Source: an uncultured Collinsella sp. (GTDB lineage Bacteria; Actinomycetota; Coriobacteriia; Coriobacteriales; Coriobacteriaceae). From it: a stretch of DNA of 64,000 nt. Both the position numbers and the translations under genes were made by a program. The stretch lies in assembly GCA_902470895.1 (NCBI GenBank), contig CABRID010000001.1, positions 1,141-65,140 of the forward strand, written 5' to 3'. This document shows positions 29,012-38,615 of the stretch, one piece after another; within the stretch, counting starts at the first letter, position 1; the number at the start of each line of letters is the position of its first letter. The notes below the pieces were generated by a model. It saw nothing but the letters and a program-made list of their open reading frames with translations. It was not told the origin of the DNA and did not search any database.

Positions 29012-29353
29012 ATGTCCGAGCCCGCAACCAATGCCGGCATGAACACGCTCGTCGCTGTGGCCATCGCCCCATGCGGCACCGGCGATGAGCTATCCGCCGA
29101 GGTCGCCGAGGTCGTGCACGTCATTCGCGAGAGCGGTCTTCCCAACCGCACCACCTCGATGTTCACCGAGATCGAGGGCGACTGGGACGAAGTCATGCAG
29201 GTCGTGCGTGACGCAACCTTTGTGTTGGCGAGCAAGGGCATCCGCACCGAAGTCGTACTCAAAGCCGATATTCGACCCGGATTTACCGACACCATGACCG
29301 GCAAGCTCGAGCGCATGGAAGCACAGATCAAGAAACAGGAGGAAGCACGATGA
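29012..29353 (+). CDS. MTH1187/thiamine-binding protein
   Basis: AIAP, SGL, MFTEIEGDWDEVM, KADIRPG; inside the thi operon. Confidence 0.85.
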   Translation: MSEPATNAGMNTLVAVAIAPCGTGDELSAEVAEVVHVIRESGLPNRTTSMFTEIEGDWDEVMQVVRDATFVLASKGIRTEVVLKADIRPGFTDTMTGKLERMEAQIKKQEEAR

Positions 29354-30045
29354 GCATCCGCGACAACCTTGATATCTCGGCCTATCTGGTGCTCGGCCCC
29401 GAAAACACGCTCGGGCGCCCCGTGGGCGATGTGGTGGCCCAGGCACTCGACGCCGGCTTTACCTGCATCCAGGTGCGCTCCAAGGTGGCAAGCGCCCGCG
29501 AGATCATTGCGCTGACCGGCGACGCCGCGCAGGCAATCGCACAGGCCGGCAAGACCGGTCAGGTCGCCCTGTTAATCGACGACCGTCTGGACTGTGCACT
29601 CGCCGCGCGCGAGCAGGGCATTGCCGTCGACGGCGTGCACGTAGGCCAGAGCGACATTCCCGTCGAGGTCTGTCGCAAGCTGCTGGGCCCCGACGCCATC
29701 GTGGGCCTTTCGGCCCGCTGCGAGGAGATGCTCGAATACGTCAAGACCGCCGACATGAGCTTGGTCGACTACCTGGGCATCGGCCCGCTCCACGAGACCG
29801 AGACCAAGCGCGACTGCGGACGCGCGGCCGATGGCTCTATCATCACCAAGAGCTTTGAGGACCTGGCCGCACTCCACGCGGCAAGCCCCGTGCCCATCGT
29901 GGTGGGCGGCGGCGTCAAGACGGCCGACTTGCCGCAGCTTAAGGCAACCGGCGTCGACGGCTTCTTTGTGGTGAGCGCCGTCTGCAGCGCCGATGACCCC
30001 TACGCCGCGGCCAAGGAGCTCGTCGACACCTGGCAGCAGGCATAG
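29350..30045 (+). CDS. thiE: Thiamine phosphate synthase
   Basis: QVRSK, IDDR, GVHVGQSD, GPLHETETK. Confidence 0.92.
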   Translation: MSIRDNLDISAYLVLGPENTLGRPVGDVVAQALDAGFTCIQVRSKVASAREIIALTGDAAQAIAQAGKTGQVALLIDDRLDCALAAREQGIAVDGVHVGQSDIPVEVCRKLLGPDAIVGLSARCEEMLEYVKTADMSLVDYLGIGPLHETETKRDCGRAADGSIITKSFEDLAALHAASPVPIVVGGGVKTADLPQLKATGVDGFFVVSAVCSADDPYAAAKELVDTWQQA

Positions 30046-30157
30046 GCTCAAGCCGAGCAGCCGATTCGCAGCCTCATATCTTCAATAGCGGAAAGCGCAT
30101 CCCAGTTTGGACCTCCATTCTGGGATGCGCTTTCCGCCGAGATGGCGGCAGCAGCCT

Positions 30158-31111
30158 CTACCCTGCCAGATATGCCTCCAGTGCCGGCAAGGTCGCCTCC
30201 GCATCGTGACGGCCGATCTGGTAGATGCGCTCGAGCTCATCGGGCTCGCGGCACAGCGACGGCACCTTCACCGATTCGCTCGGCCGCACCACAAAGACCT
30301 CGCCGGCAGCCTCACGACGTGCCAGGTCATCGAGCGTGGCATTGTAGACCTCATGCCGATGCTCAAGCGCTGCAACAAACTCCGGGTAGTGACGGAACAC
30401 GCGCCGCAGCATGGGCATCACGCTGTTGGGTTGCTTCACAAAGCCCGCCGGCTGCGTGAGTACCACGATATTGCGGTCATACCCCTGCGCAAACAACCAA
30501 GCGCTGGGAATGGAATCAGCCACGCCACCATCCAGATACTTATGCCCGCCAATAGCAACGGGACGCGTCGCCACGGGAATCGCCGATGACGCCCGAATCC
30601 ACTCGATATCCCTCTCATCGCCATAGGGCAGGTCGTGGTAGACGGCCTTGCCCGTCTCGATATCGGTACACACGCACGTAAACCGCATGGGGCAGGCGCG
30701 ATACGCCTCCAAGTCGATGGGATCGCGCTCGATAGGCACCTCGTGATAGGCAAAATCGGCATTGAACATGTCGCCGGTTCGCAACCAGCTTGCTACACCC
30801 GCATAGCGCTTATCGGCGCAATAGGCCTTGTTGTAGCGAATGGCGCGGCCGATCTGGCGCGATTTAAAGTTGTAGCCAAACGCCGCGCCCGCCGAGACAC
30901 CCACCATATGGTCGCAAGTTAAGCCGTGCTCCATCCATACGTCGAGCACGCCCGCCGTATACATACCGCGGTAGCCGCCTCCCTCGAGCGCGAGCCCCAC
31001 CGTGCGCGTCGTATCCGGCTGTGCCATGCGACCATCTCCGTTCCTGCGTTTTAAACCGGGACAAGTATACCCGTCAACATATATCGTCTCAGTCGCATTT
31101 TTATCGGACAT
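30158..31111 (-). CDS. Patatin-like phospholipase
   Basis: EGGGYRG, GVSAG, DGG motifs; start may be 31027. Confidence 0.9.
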   Translation of the reverse strand: MSDKNATETIYVDGYTCPGLKRRNGDGRMAQPDTTRTVGLALEGGGYRGMYTAGVLDVWMEHGLTCDHMVGVSAGAAFGYNFKSRQIGRAIRYNKAYCADKRYAGVASWLRTGDMFNADFAYHEVPIERDPIDLEAYRACPMRFTCVCTDIETGKAVYHDLPYGDERDIEWIRASSAIPVATRPVAIGGHKYLDGGVADSIPSAWLFAQGYDRNIVVLTQPAGFVKQPNSVMPMLRRVFRHYPEFVAALEHRHEVYNATLDDLARREAAGEVFVVRPSESVKVPSLCREPDELERIYQIGRHDAEATLPALEAYLAG

Positions 31112-31167
31112 CGCATCGCCGCGCTACCGTTTGTCGAATAATAGCCGCCCACAGCATGCGCACCCAT

Positions 31168-31451
31168 ATCCCCGCACTCGAGGAAAGCGGCTTTATGGTG
31201 ACGCTCGACAAGTACATTTGGCAGATTGTGCCCGTCGACGGCGATCATGGCCGCAGCACGCAAATCATTTCATCAATACTCGAGATGGCCATTCGCTCCA
31301 TCTGCCCGTCGTGGTCGAAGGCGTCGAGACAAATGAGCAGGCGAACATGCTACGACAAATGGGCGCCCACTACGCTCAGGGCTTCCTCTACTACCGCCCC
31401 ATGCCGGCGAAGGATTTTGAGGCATTGCTCGATGGTGGCAATAACAACTGA
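31168..31451 (+). pseudogene. EAL phosphodiesterase remnant (no start, internal deletion, frameshift)
   Basis: IPALEESGFMVTLDKYIW joined to ..IISSILEMA / HSLHLPVVVEGVET..YAQGFLYYRPM across two frames. Confidence 0.82.
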
Positions 31452-31578
31452 TACGCTCGCGCGCAAAACGCCACCGCCGAAGGGGGCATTTGTCTCCATT
31501 AGCTAACTTATATCCCCAATCCAAGCCGAATTGGGGATATGATACAAACCGTTGTTCCGCCCAAGGAGGTTATCCATC

Positions 31579-33108
31579 ATGAACGAGTCGTACCGCATGG
31601 GCGAGCAATCGATTATTGCCTATCTTCAGCGACTTGCGAATGGCATCTCGACCGCCGAACTCGATGTTGCCGCGCTGCCTACTGAGCTACGCGCCGTTGG
31701 TGAGCAACTGCAAAAGACGCATGCCATCCTGCAACAAGAGCGCCAGCTGCTTGAGCGCAACGCCTATATCGACCCGCTCACCAACTTGGGCAACCGCAGC
31801 GGATTCGACCGTCACATCGAGCAACTCTGGCGCAAAGGCGACCCCTTCACCTGCGCCTATATTGACATCGACCATCTCAAGCATTGCAATGATAGGTTTG
31901 GCCACGCCGAAGGCAATCGCTATATTCTGAGCATCTGCCGCACGCTCTCCGAAACCATGGAGCACGATGAGATGCTGTTCCGTATCGGTGGAGACGAGTT
32001 TGTGCTCATCTCGCCCTCCGCAAACGAGATTGAACTCGAGCAGCGCTTGGAGCAGGTGCGTACCAGGCTGATCGAGGCGAGCTCAGGTGGCAAGGCGCCC
32101 ATGATCGGCAGCTTTAGCTTTGGCTGCTCGCGCGTCGATCCACTTGCCGGCGACACGCGTCGCCAGATGACGATGGATGCCGATCGCAAGATGTATCGCT
32201 ATAAGCTTATGCATCGTGTGCAGCAACCGAAAGACGATGACGCGCCGCAACGCCCAATCGTCGATCAGCTTCCTTGCAACGACCGGGTGTTCCAAGCGAT
32301 CTCCATGAGCTCCGAGACGCGCTATCCGTTTATCCTCAATCTCGATACGGGAGAATCGCAATGGTCGGTTAACGCCGTGCGCGATTTTGACCTGCCCTCC
32401 CAGCACCCTTTTAACTCACTCGACATGTGGCTCGCCCGCGTTCATCCCGAGGACCGCGACAACGTACGTGCCGAGCTCGACATGGTGATAAACGGCACGT
32501 GGCACTTCCACTACATGCAGTATCGCGTAATGGATGCCACCGGAAAATACGTGCTTTGCGACTGCACGGGCTACCGCTTGGACGGCACCGATACCGAGCC
32601 CGGCATGTATGTGGGCATTATCATCAACCGAAGCCTAGCGGATACGACCGACTCGGTAACGGGCCTGGGCGATGTCCACGCACTGGTCAACGCTATTGGA
32701 GAGATGCGCCACGTGCCGCACGAGGCAGGCTTTATTGCCATTAAGGTCGACGATATCGCCGAGGTCAATGCCCGCTTTGGATTCGATGCAGGCGACCGCG
32801 TGCTCGCCGAAAGCGCCGCCTGCCTCATGGATTGTTCGCGCGGCAAGGGCCGCCTGTTCCGCTCGACGGGGCCGATGTTCGTGGCACTCTTCGATGAGCT
32901 CGGCCCCGAGGCGATCGACGAGATCGCAAGCGACATCGAACGGTTCCTGGGTTCTCCCGTGCTCATCGGCTCGCTTGAATATCAGCCGCCCATTCGCGTG
33001 GCCACGCTCCATCTGGACGGCGTCGACCGTCAGCCCGTTTCCATTTTGAACGAGCTCAAAGCGTTGCTCGGGAAAGCCGTGCAGGTGCCAGGTACCAAAC
33101 TGGATTAA
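31579..33108 (+). CDS. Diguanylate cyclase: GGDEF - PAS - degenerate GGDEF
   Basis: DPLTNLGNR, NDRFGHAEG, RIGGDEF; VHPEDR PAS; second domain FGFDAGD but STGPMF. Confidence 0.88.
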   Translation: MNESYRMGEQSIIAYLQRLANGISTAELDVAALPTELRAVGEQLQKTHAILQQERQLLERNAYIDPLTNLGNRSGFDRHIEQLWRKGDPFTCAYIDIDHLKHCNDRFGHAEGNRYILSICRTLSETMEHDEMLFRIGGDEFVLISPSANEIELEQRLEQVRTRLIEASSGGKAPMIGSFSFGCSRVDPLAGDTRRQMTMDADRKMYRYKLMHRVQQPKDDDAPQRPIVDQLPCNDRVFQAISMSSETRYPFILNLDTGESQWSVNAVRDFDLPSQHPFNSLDMWLARVHPEDRDNVRAELDMVINGTWHFHYMQYRVMDATGKYVLCDCTGYRLDGTDTEPGMYVGIIINRSLADTTDSVTGLGDVHALVNAIGEMRHVPHEAGFIAIKVDDIAEVNARFGFDAGDRVLAESAACLMDCSRGKGRLFRSTGPMFVALFDELGPEAIDEIASDIERFLGSPVLIGSLEYQPPIRVATLHLDGVDRQPVSILNELKALLGKAVQVPGTKLD

Positions 33109-33179
33109 CGCCGCGCCCGCGCCGCCTCCCCCATCGTGCGATAATCCTCTGCAGAAGTCACCGAAAGCAGAGGGAGTTT

Positions 33180-33806
33180 GTGATGAAGGTTCTTTTGGTC
33201 AATGGCAGCCCCAAGGCAAACGGCAACACCGCTCGCGCGCTTGCCGAAGTCGCCGAGCAATTGCATGCCGAGGGTATCGATACCGAGGTGTTCCAGCTGG
33301 GCGCCAAGCCCATTCGCGACTGCATTGGCTGTGGTCAGTGCGGCAAGCTCGATTGCCGCTGCACCTTTGACGACGACGTGGTCAACGAGCTCATCGCTGC
33401 AGCCGAGCAGGCAGATGGCTTTGTCTTTGGCTCGCCTGTCTACTACGCGCACCCCAGCGGCCGCATTCTCTCGGCACTCGATCGCGCATTCTATGCAGGC
33501 GGGCATGCCTTTGAGCACAAACCCGGCGCCGCTGTCGCCGTCGCCCGCCGCGGCGGCACGTCGACCACGTTCGATGTGCTCAACAAGTACTTCACCATTA
33601 AGCAAATGCCCGTGGTTGCTTCCACCTACTGGAATAACGTGTTTGGCCGCGTGCCCGGCGACGCCGATGGGGATGCCGAGGGCCTTGCCACCATGCGAAA
33701 CATCGGCAAAAACATGGCCTGGCTCCTGCGCTGCATCGAGGCAGGACAGGCCGCCGGCATCAACGCGCCCGAGGCAGATCGAGCAACGACCAACTTCATT
33801 CGATAG
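33180..33806 (+). CDS. Flavodoxin-fold iron-sulfur flavoprotein / NADPH-dependent FMN reductase
   Basis: NGSP, CIGCGQC..C, GSPVYY. Confidence 0.88.
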   Translation: MMKVLLVNGSPKANGNTARALAEVAEQLHAEGIDTEVFQLGAKPIRDCIGCGQCGKLDCRCTFDDDVVNELIAAAEQADGFVFGSPVYYAHPSGRILSALDRAFYAGGHAFEHKPGAAVAVARRGGTSTTFDVLNKYFTIKQMPVVASTYWNNVFGRVPGDADGDAEGLATMRNIGKNMAWLLRCIEAGQAAGINAPEADRATTNFIR

Positions 33807-33818
33807 AGCGGCGGGACC

Positions 33819-34160
33819 ATGAATATTCAAATCTTCGGGACTAAGAAGTCCTTCGACACCAAGAAGGCCCAGCGCTATTTTAAGGAGCGCCGCATTAAGG
33901 TGCAGTTTATTGACCTTAAGGAAAAGGAGATGAGCAAGGGCGAGCTCACGAGCGTGATGCAGGCGGTCGGCGGCATCGACAAGCTACTCAACCCCAAGGC
34001 CAAGGACGAGGAGACGCTCGCGCTCATCCAGTACCTCACCCCCAGCCAGCGCTTTGACAAGCTGCTCGAGAACCAGCAGGTTCTCGCCGAACCCATCGTG
34101 CGCAACGGCAAAAAGGCCACCGTCGGTTATTGCCCCGATGTATGGGGAGCCTGGGAGTAG
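33819..34160 (+). CDS. ArsC/Spx-like (YffB) protein
   Basis: MNIQIFGTKKSFDTKKA.RYFKER, PIVRNG; lacks the N-terminal Cys. Confidence 0.85.
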   Translation: MNIQIFGTKKSFDTKKAQRYFKERRIKVQFIDLKEKEMSKGELTSVMQAVGGIDKLLNPKAKDEETLALIQYLTPSQRFDKLLENQQVLAEPIVRNGKKATVGYCPDVWGAWE

Positions 34161-34246
34161 CTTGTGTTATTTGCCGGCTCGTGGGTATAAGAGCGGGCGT
34201 TTGGCATAAGATTCAACTGTAAGCCATGTCTAACAAAGGAGGGCAC

Positions 34247-35377
34247 ATGCCCAACAAACCCGTGAAGATCATCATGCTTACCGGATACCTCGGTGCCGGC
34301 AAGACCACGCTGCTCAACCACATCCTCGCTAACGACGGCGGCATCCGCGCCGCCGTGATCGTCAACGATATCGGCGAGATCAACGTCGACGCCAGCCTTA
34401 TCGCCGACGGCGGCCTTTCCGAGACCGATGACCTCATCCCGCTCACCAACGGCTGCATCTGCTGCACGCTTTCGGATGACCTGGCCAACCAGCTGCAGGG
34501 CATCGCCGATTCGGGCAACTTCGACTACATCATCATCGAGGCATCGGGCATTTGCGAGCCTATCCCCATCGCCTACACTATCTCGAGCTTCTGCGACGAG
34601 GCCAAGGTGGGCGGCGAGCCCAAGCTCGCGCTCGACAACATCGTGGCCGTGGTCGACTGCGCCCGCATGTACGACGAGTTCAACGGCGGTCGCGACCTGC
34701 TGGCCGAGGATATCGACGAGGACGACATCGAAAGCCTGCTCATCCAGCAGATCGAATTCTGCTCCACGCTGATCCTCAACAAGACCGATACCGTGACGCC
34801 CGAGCAGATCGCCGAGCTCAAGGCCATCGTGCGCAGCCTGCAGAAGGACGCCGTGATTGTCGAGGCCCAAAACGGCGAGGTCCCCATGGAGGAGCTGCTC
34901 GACACCGACCGCTTCGACTTTATGCGCGCCTACAACTCCGCCGCCTGGATCGAGGCCATGGAGCATCCCGAGGAGCACGACGACCCCGAGGTGCTCGAGT
35001 ACGACATCGAGACCTTTGTGTACTCGCGCCGCAAGCCGTTTGACCTGCAGAAGTTCACCAATTTTGTTGAGCAGGAGTGGCCCGACGAGGTCATCCGCGT
35101 CAAGGGTCCGCTGTGGCAGACCGGCGATCCGGACATGTGCTACATGTTTGAGCAGGCCGGCCACCAGATGCGCCTGATGGAGAACGGCCTGTTTGTCGAT
35201 TCGGCGCCCGAGGGCGAGAAGCAGAAGATCATCGACGAGAACCCCGAGATCATGCAGATTTGGGACGACGAGACGGGCGACCGCATGACGAGCCTGTGCA
35301 TCATCGGCCGTCACATGGACAAGGATGCGCTCATCGCCTCCCTCGATGCCTGCCTGACCGACTGGCACCGCGCCTAG
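34247..35377 (+). CDS. CobW/COG0523 metallochaperone GTPase
   Basis: GYLGAGKTT, GCICC, EASG, NKTD, CobW C-terminal domain. Confidence 0.92.
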   Translation: MPNKPVKIIMLTGYLGAGKTTLLNHILANDGGIRAAVIVNDIGEINVDASLIADGGLSETDDLIPLTNGCICCTLSDDLANQLQGIADSGNFDYIIIEASGICEPIPIAYTISSFCDEAKVGGEPKLALDNIVAVVDCARMYDEFNGGRDLLAEDIDEDDIESLLIQQIEFCSTLILNKTDTVTPEQIAELKAIVRSLQKDAVIVEAQNGEVPMEELLDTDRFDFMRAYNSAAWIEAMEHPEEHDDPEVLEYDIETFVYSRRKPFDLQKFTNFVEQEWPDEVIRVKGPLWQTGDPDMCYMFEQAGHQMRLMENGLFVDSAPEGEKQKIIDENPEIMQIWDDETGDRMTSLCIIGRHMDKDALIASLDACLTDWHRA

Positions 35378-35472
35378 GTTTATCCAAGCGGGCATTTTTC
35401 CGCCTATGTAACCGCCAAACCACCACGAAGGTGCTCTTCGTGGTGGTTTTTCGTTCTGAGCCAAGGAGATTC

Positions 35473-36072
35473 ATGTTCAACATCGTGCTGTATGCGCCCG
35501 AGATTCCGGCCAATACGGGCAATATCGGCCGTACCTGCGTTGTCACCGGCGCCCGCCTGCATCTGGTGGAGCCGTTGGGCTTTTCGCTCGACGACAAGAC
35601 GGTACGCCGCGCCGGCCTGGGCTACTGGCAAAACTTGGACGTGACGACCTATGCCGGCTGGGAGGATTTCCTTGCGCGCAACGACCTCTCCCCTGCCGAC
35701 GAGCGCCTGCATCTGCTAACCAAAAAGGCACGCCGCACCTATGCGCAGAGCACCTACCGCGATGGCGACTACTTGGTCTTTGGCAGCGAGAGCTCGGGCA
35801 TTCCCGAGGAACTGCTCGCCGCGGCGCCCGAGCGCTGCGAGCGCATCCCGATGCTGCGCGATTGCGACTCGCTCGATAACGCCGAGGCTTGGGAAGCTCA
35901 CGAGGAATCGCTGGGGCATACCGAGGACAGCCACGAAGCCATCCTTCAGCAGGATATCTGCGGCAACTTCGTCAACCCGGACGACTACCGCATCAGCGCA
36001 CTCAACCTCTCCAACAGCGCCGCCATCGTCCTCTACGAAGCCCTGCGCCAAACAGGCTTTCCGGGAATGTGA
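35473..36072 (+). CDS. trmL: tRNA (cytidine/uridine-34-2'-O)-methyltransferase with internal insertion
   Basis: PEIPANTGNIGR, RRAGLGYW, FGSESSG, LNLSNS..YEALRQ. Confidence 0.9.
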   Translation: MFNIVLYAPEIPANTGNIGRTCVVTGARLHLVEPLGFSLDDKTVRRAGLGYWQNLDVTTYAGWEDFLARNDLSPADERLHLLTKKARRTYAQSTYRDGDYLVFGSESSGIPEELLAAAPERCERIPMLRDCDSLDNAEAWEAHEESLGHTEDSHEAILQQDICGNFVNPDDYRISALNLSNSAAIVLYEALRQTGFPGM

Positions 36073-36099
36073 CAAAGGAACTGTCCCTTTGTCACATTC
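36065..36099. repeat. REP-like hairpin overlapping the trmL stop
   Basis: gaatgtgacaaagg-aactgtc-cctttgtcacattc. Confidence 0.8.
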
Positions 36100-36101
36100 G
36101 G

Positions 36102-38615
36102 TTATAGGTAGCGGCCGGTGATGCTTGCGGAGCAGGCCGCGATGTCGCCCGGCGTACCGGCGCAGACGATTTGCCCGCCGGCGTCGCCACCGCCCGGGCC
36201 CATGTCGATCACGTAATCGGCGTTACGGATAAGGTCGAGGTCGTGCTCGATCACGACAACTGTGGCCCCCTTGGCAACGAGGCCGTCGAACACACTCAGC
36301 AACACCTGAACATCGAGCGGATGCAGGCCGATCGTAGGCTCGTCGAATACGAATACGGCATCATCCTGCACACGACCCATCTCGCTCGCAAGCTTAAGAC
36401 GCTGCGCCTCGCCGCCCGAGAGCGCCGGCGTGGGCTCGCCGAGCGTGAGATAGCCCAAGCCCAGGTCGTGCAAAGTCTGTAAGCGCGCCTGAACCTTCTT
36501 GAGTCCCACCGTGGCGTCGAGGGCCTCGTCCACACTCATGTCCATGAGCTGCGGCAACGTAAGCAGGCTCCCGTCCTTGCCCTCGCGATGGATATGCGAG
36601 GCGGCCTCGGCGTAGCGCGAACCACGGCATGCCGGGCAGACGATCTCGACATCGGGCAAAAACTGCACGTCGAGCGATATCGAGCCCGTGCCATCGCACG
36701 TAGGGCAACGCAAAGCGCCAGTGTTGTAGCTAAATGCGCCCGCCTTGTAGCCGGCTGCCTTGGCCTCGGGCGTACGGGCGAAGGCGCGACGCAGCTCGTC
36801 ATGGATGTCGGCATAAGTCGCCACCGTCGAGCGCACGTTGGCGCCGATGGGCGTAGCGTCAATCAGATTTGCGCGAGCAATGCCCTCGGCATCGACCCAA
36901 CGCACGTGCCCCGGCAGGCGCTCGCCGGCTGCCTGCGCCTTGAGTGCCGGAATGAGCGTCTCGAGCACCAACGTCGTCTTGCCCGAACCCGAAACGCCCG
37001 TCACCGCGACGAGACGGCCGCGCGGGATATCGACTTCGAGCGGCTTGACGGTATGGATGGTATCGGTCGCCATGCGGATGTGGCCCTGGTCGAACATTTC
37101 GTCGTCAGTCACCTGCGGACGCAAACGCTTGGAGTCCGATCTCAAAAACGGCGCGATGCGGCTGCCCTGCGATTGTTCGACCTCGTCTACCGTGCCCGCG
37201 GCAATCACATTACCGCCGCCTGCTCCGGCAACGGGGCCCATCTCGACCAGATAGTCGGCTTCCGCTAGTACGCGCGTATCGTGGTCGACAACAACCACGG
37301 TGTTGCCGTCATCCACCAGATCGCGCATCACGCCTACCAGGCCGTCGACATTAGCAGGATGCAAGCCAATCGAGGGCTCGTCCAGCACATAGAGCACGCC
37401 CGTCGATCGGTTGCGCACCACGCGGGCGAGTTGCACGCGCTGGCGCTCACCCGTGGAGAGCGTGGCGCCGGCGCGATCGAGCGAAAGGTAGTCGAGCCCC
37501 AAGTCGATCAGACGGCGAGCCGTGCTCAAGAACGAATCGCAGATATCCGTCGCCATGGGCCGCATCTCGCCCGGCAACGACGCGGGCACCCCGCGAACCC
37601 ATTCAATCGCCTCGCCCAGCGTCATGGCCGCCGCCTGCGCCAGATTGATACCGCGCACCTGGGGCTGGCGAGCAGTCTCGGAAAGACGCGTGCCGCCGCA
37701 ATCACGACACGGTCCCTCGCGCAAAAAGCGCGCAACGCGTTTTAAGCCCTTATCGTCCTTGACCTTGGCGAGCGCATTCTCGACGGTATAGACGGCGTTG
37801 TAATAGGTGAAGTCGAGCGGCGTGGCGCCCTCGCCGTTTTTGGGAACGTAGAGAATGTGCTTCTTAACCGCCGGACCATGGAACACGATGTCGCGTTCTT
37901 GAGGCGAGAGCTGGTTAAACGGCACGTCAGTGCGCACGCCCATCTCGCCGGCCACCTGCTTCATCAGATCCCACATTAGCGTGCCCCAGGGAAGCACCGC
38001 GCCTTCGTTGATGGTCTTTGACTCGTCGGGCACCAGGCTCGCTTCGTCCACCTCGCGCATGACACCGGTGCCGCCACAGGTGGGACATGCACCGCCGCTG
38101 TTAAATGCAAGGTCCTCGGCGCTCGGCGCGTAGAACTCGCGACCGCATGCAGGGCACGTGAGCGACAGGCCAGCGGCCACGTTAAGGCTCGGCTCCACGC
38201 GCGCCCCGCAATGCGGGCACACATGATGGGCGCAACGGCTAAAGAGCAGACGCAGGCTATTGTTGAGCTCGGTCATGGTGCCAAAGGTCGAGCGCACGCC
38301 CGGCACGCTCGGACGCTGGTGCAGCGCGAGCGCCGCCGGCACGTGCAGCACCTCGTCCACCTGAGCGTGCTCGGCCTGCGTCAGGCGACGTCGAGTATAG
38401 GTGCTGAGCGCCTCCAGGTAACGACGCGAGCCCTCGGCATAAAGAACCCCCAGTGCCAGCGAGCTCTTGCCCGAACCCGACACGCCGGCAATACCCACGA
38501 GCTTTCCCAGCGGAATATCGATATCGATGTCCTTGAGGTTGTGTACACGTGCGCCACGTACCTCGATAGCCTGCGGGCTCATCTTCTGTTCCGTCACCTT
38601 TATCACCCTACTCAT
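36102..38615 (-). CDS. UvrA-like ABC ATPase (UvrA2/DrrC class)
   Basis: Two Walker A GVSGSGK motifs, CxxC fingers, LSTGERQR and LSGGEAQR, DEP; 837 aa. Confidence 0.9.
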   Translation of the reverse strand: MSRVIKVTEQKMSPQAIEVRGARVHNLKDIDIDIPLGKLVGIAGVSGSGKSSLALGVLYAEGSRRYLEALSTYTRRRLTQAEHAQVDEVLHVPAALALHQRPSVPGVRSTFGTMTELNNSLRLLFSRCAHHVCPHCGARVEPSLNVAAGLSLTCPACGREFYAPSAEDLAFNSGGACPTCGGTGVMREVDEASLVPDESKTINEGAVLPWGTLMWDLMKQVAGEMGVRTDVPFNQLSPQERDIVFHGPAVKKHILYVPKNGEGATPLDFTYYNAVYTVENALAKVKDDKGLKRVARFLREGPCRDCGGTRLSETARQPQVRGINLAQAAAMTLGEAIEWVRGVPASLPGEMRPMATDICDSFLSTARRLIDLGLDYLSLDRAGATLSTGERQRVQLARVVRNRSTGVLYVLDEPSIGLHPANVDGLVGVMRDLVDDGNTVVVVDHDTRVLAEADYLVEMGPVAGAGGGNVIAAGTVDEVEQSQGSRIAPFLRSDSKRLRPQVTDDEMFDQGHIRMATDTIHTVKPLEVDIPRGRLVAVTGVSGSGKTTLVLETLIPALKAQAAGERLPGHVRWVDAEGIARANLIDATPIGANVRSTVATYADIHDELRRAFARTPEAKAAGYKAGAFSYNTGALRCPTCDGTGSISLDVQFLPDVEIVCPACRGSRYAEAASHIHREGKDGSLLTLPQLMDMSVDEALDATVGLKKVQARLQTLHDLGLGYLTLGEPTPALSGGEAQRLKLASEMGRVQDDAVFVFDEPTIGLHPLDVQVLLSVFDGLVAKGATVVVIEHDLDLIRNADYVIDMGPGGGDAGGQIVCAGTPGDIAACSASITGRYL

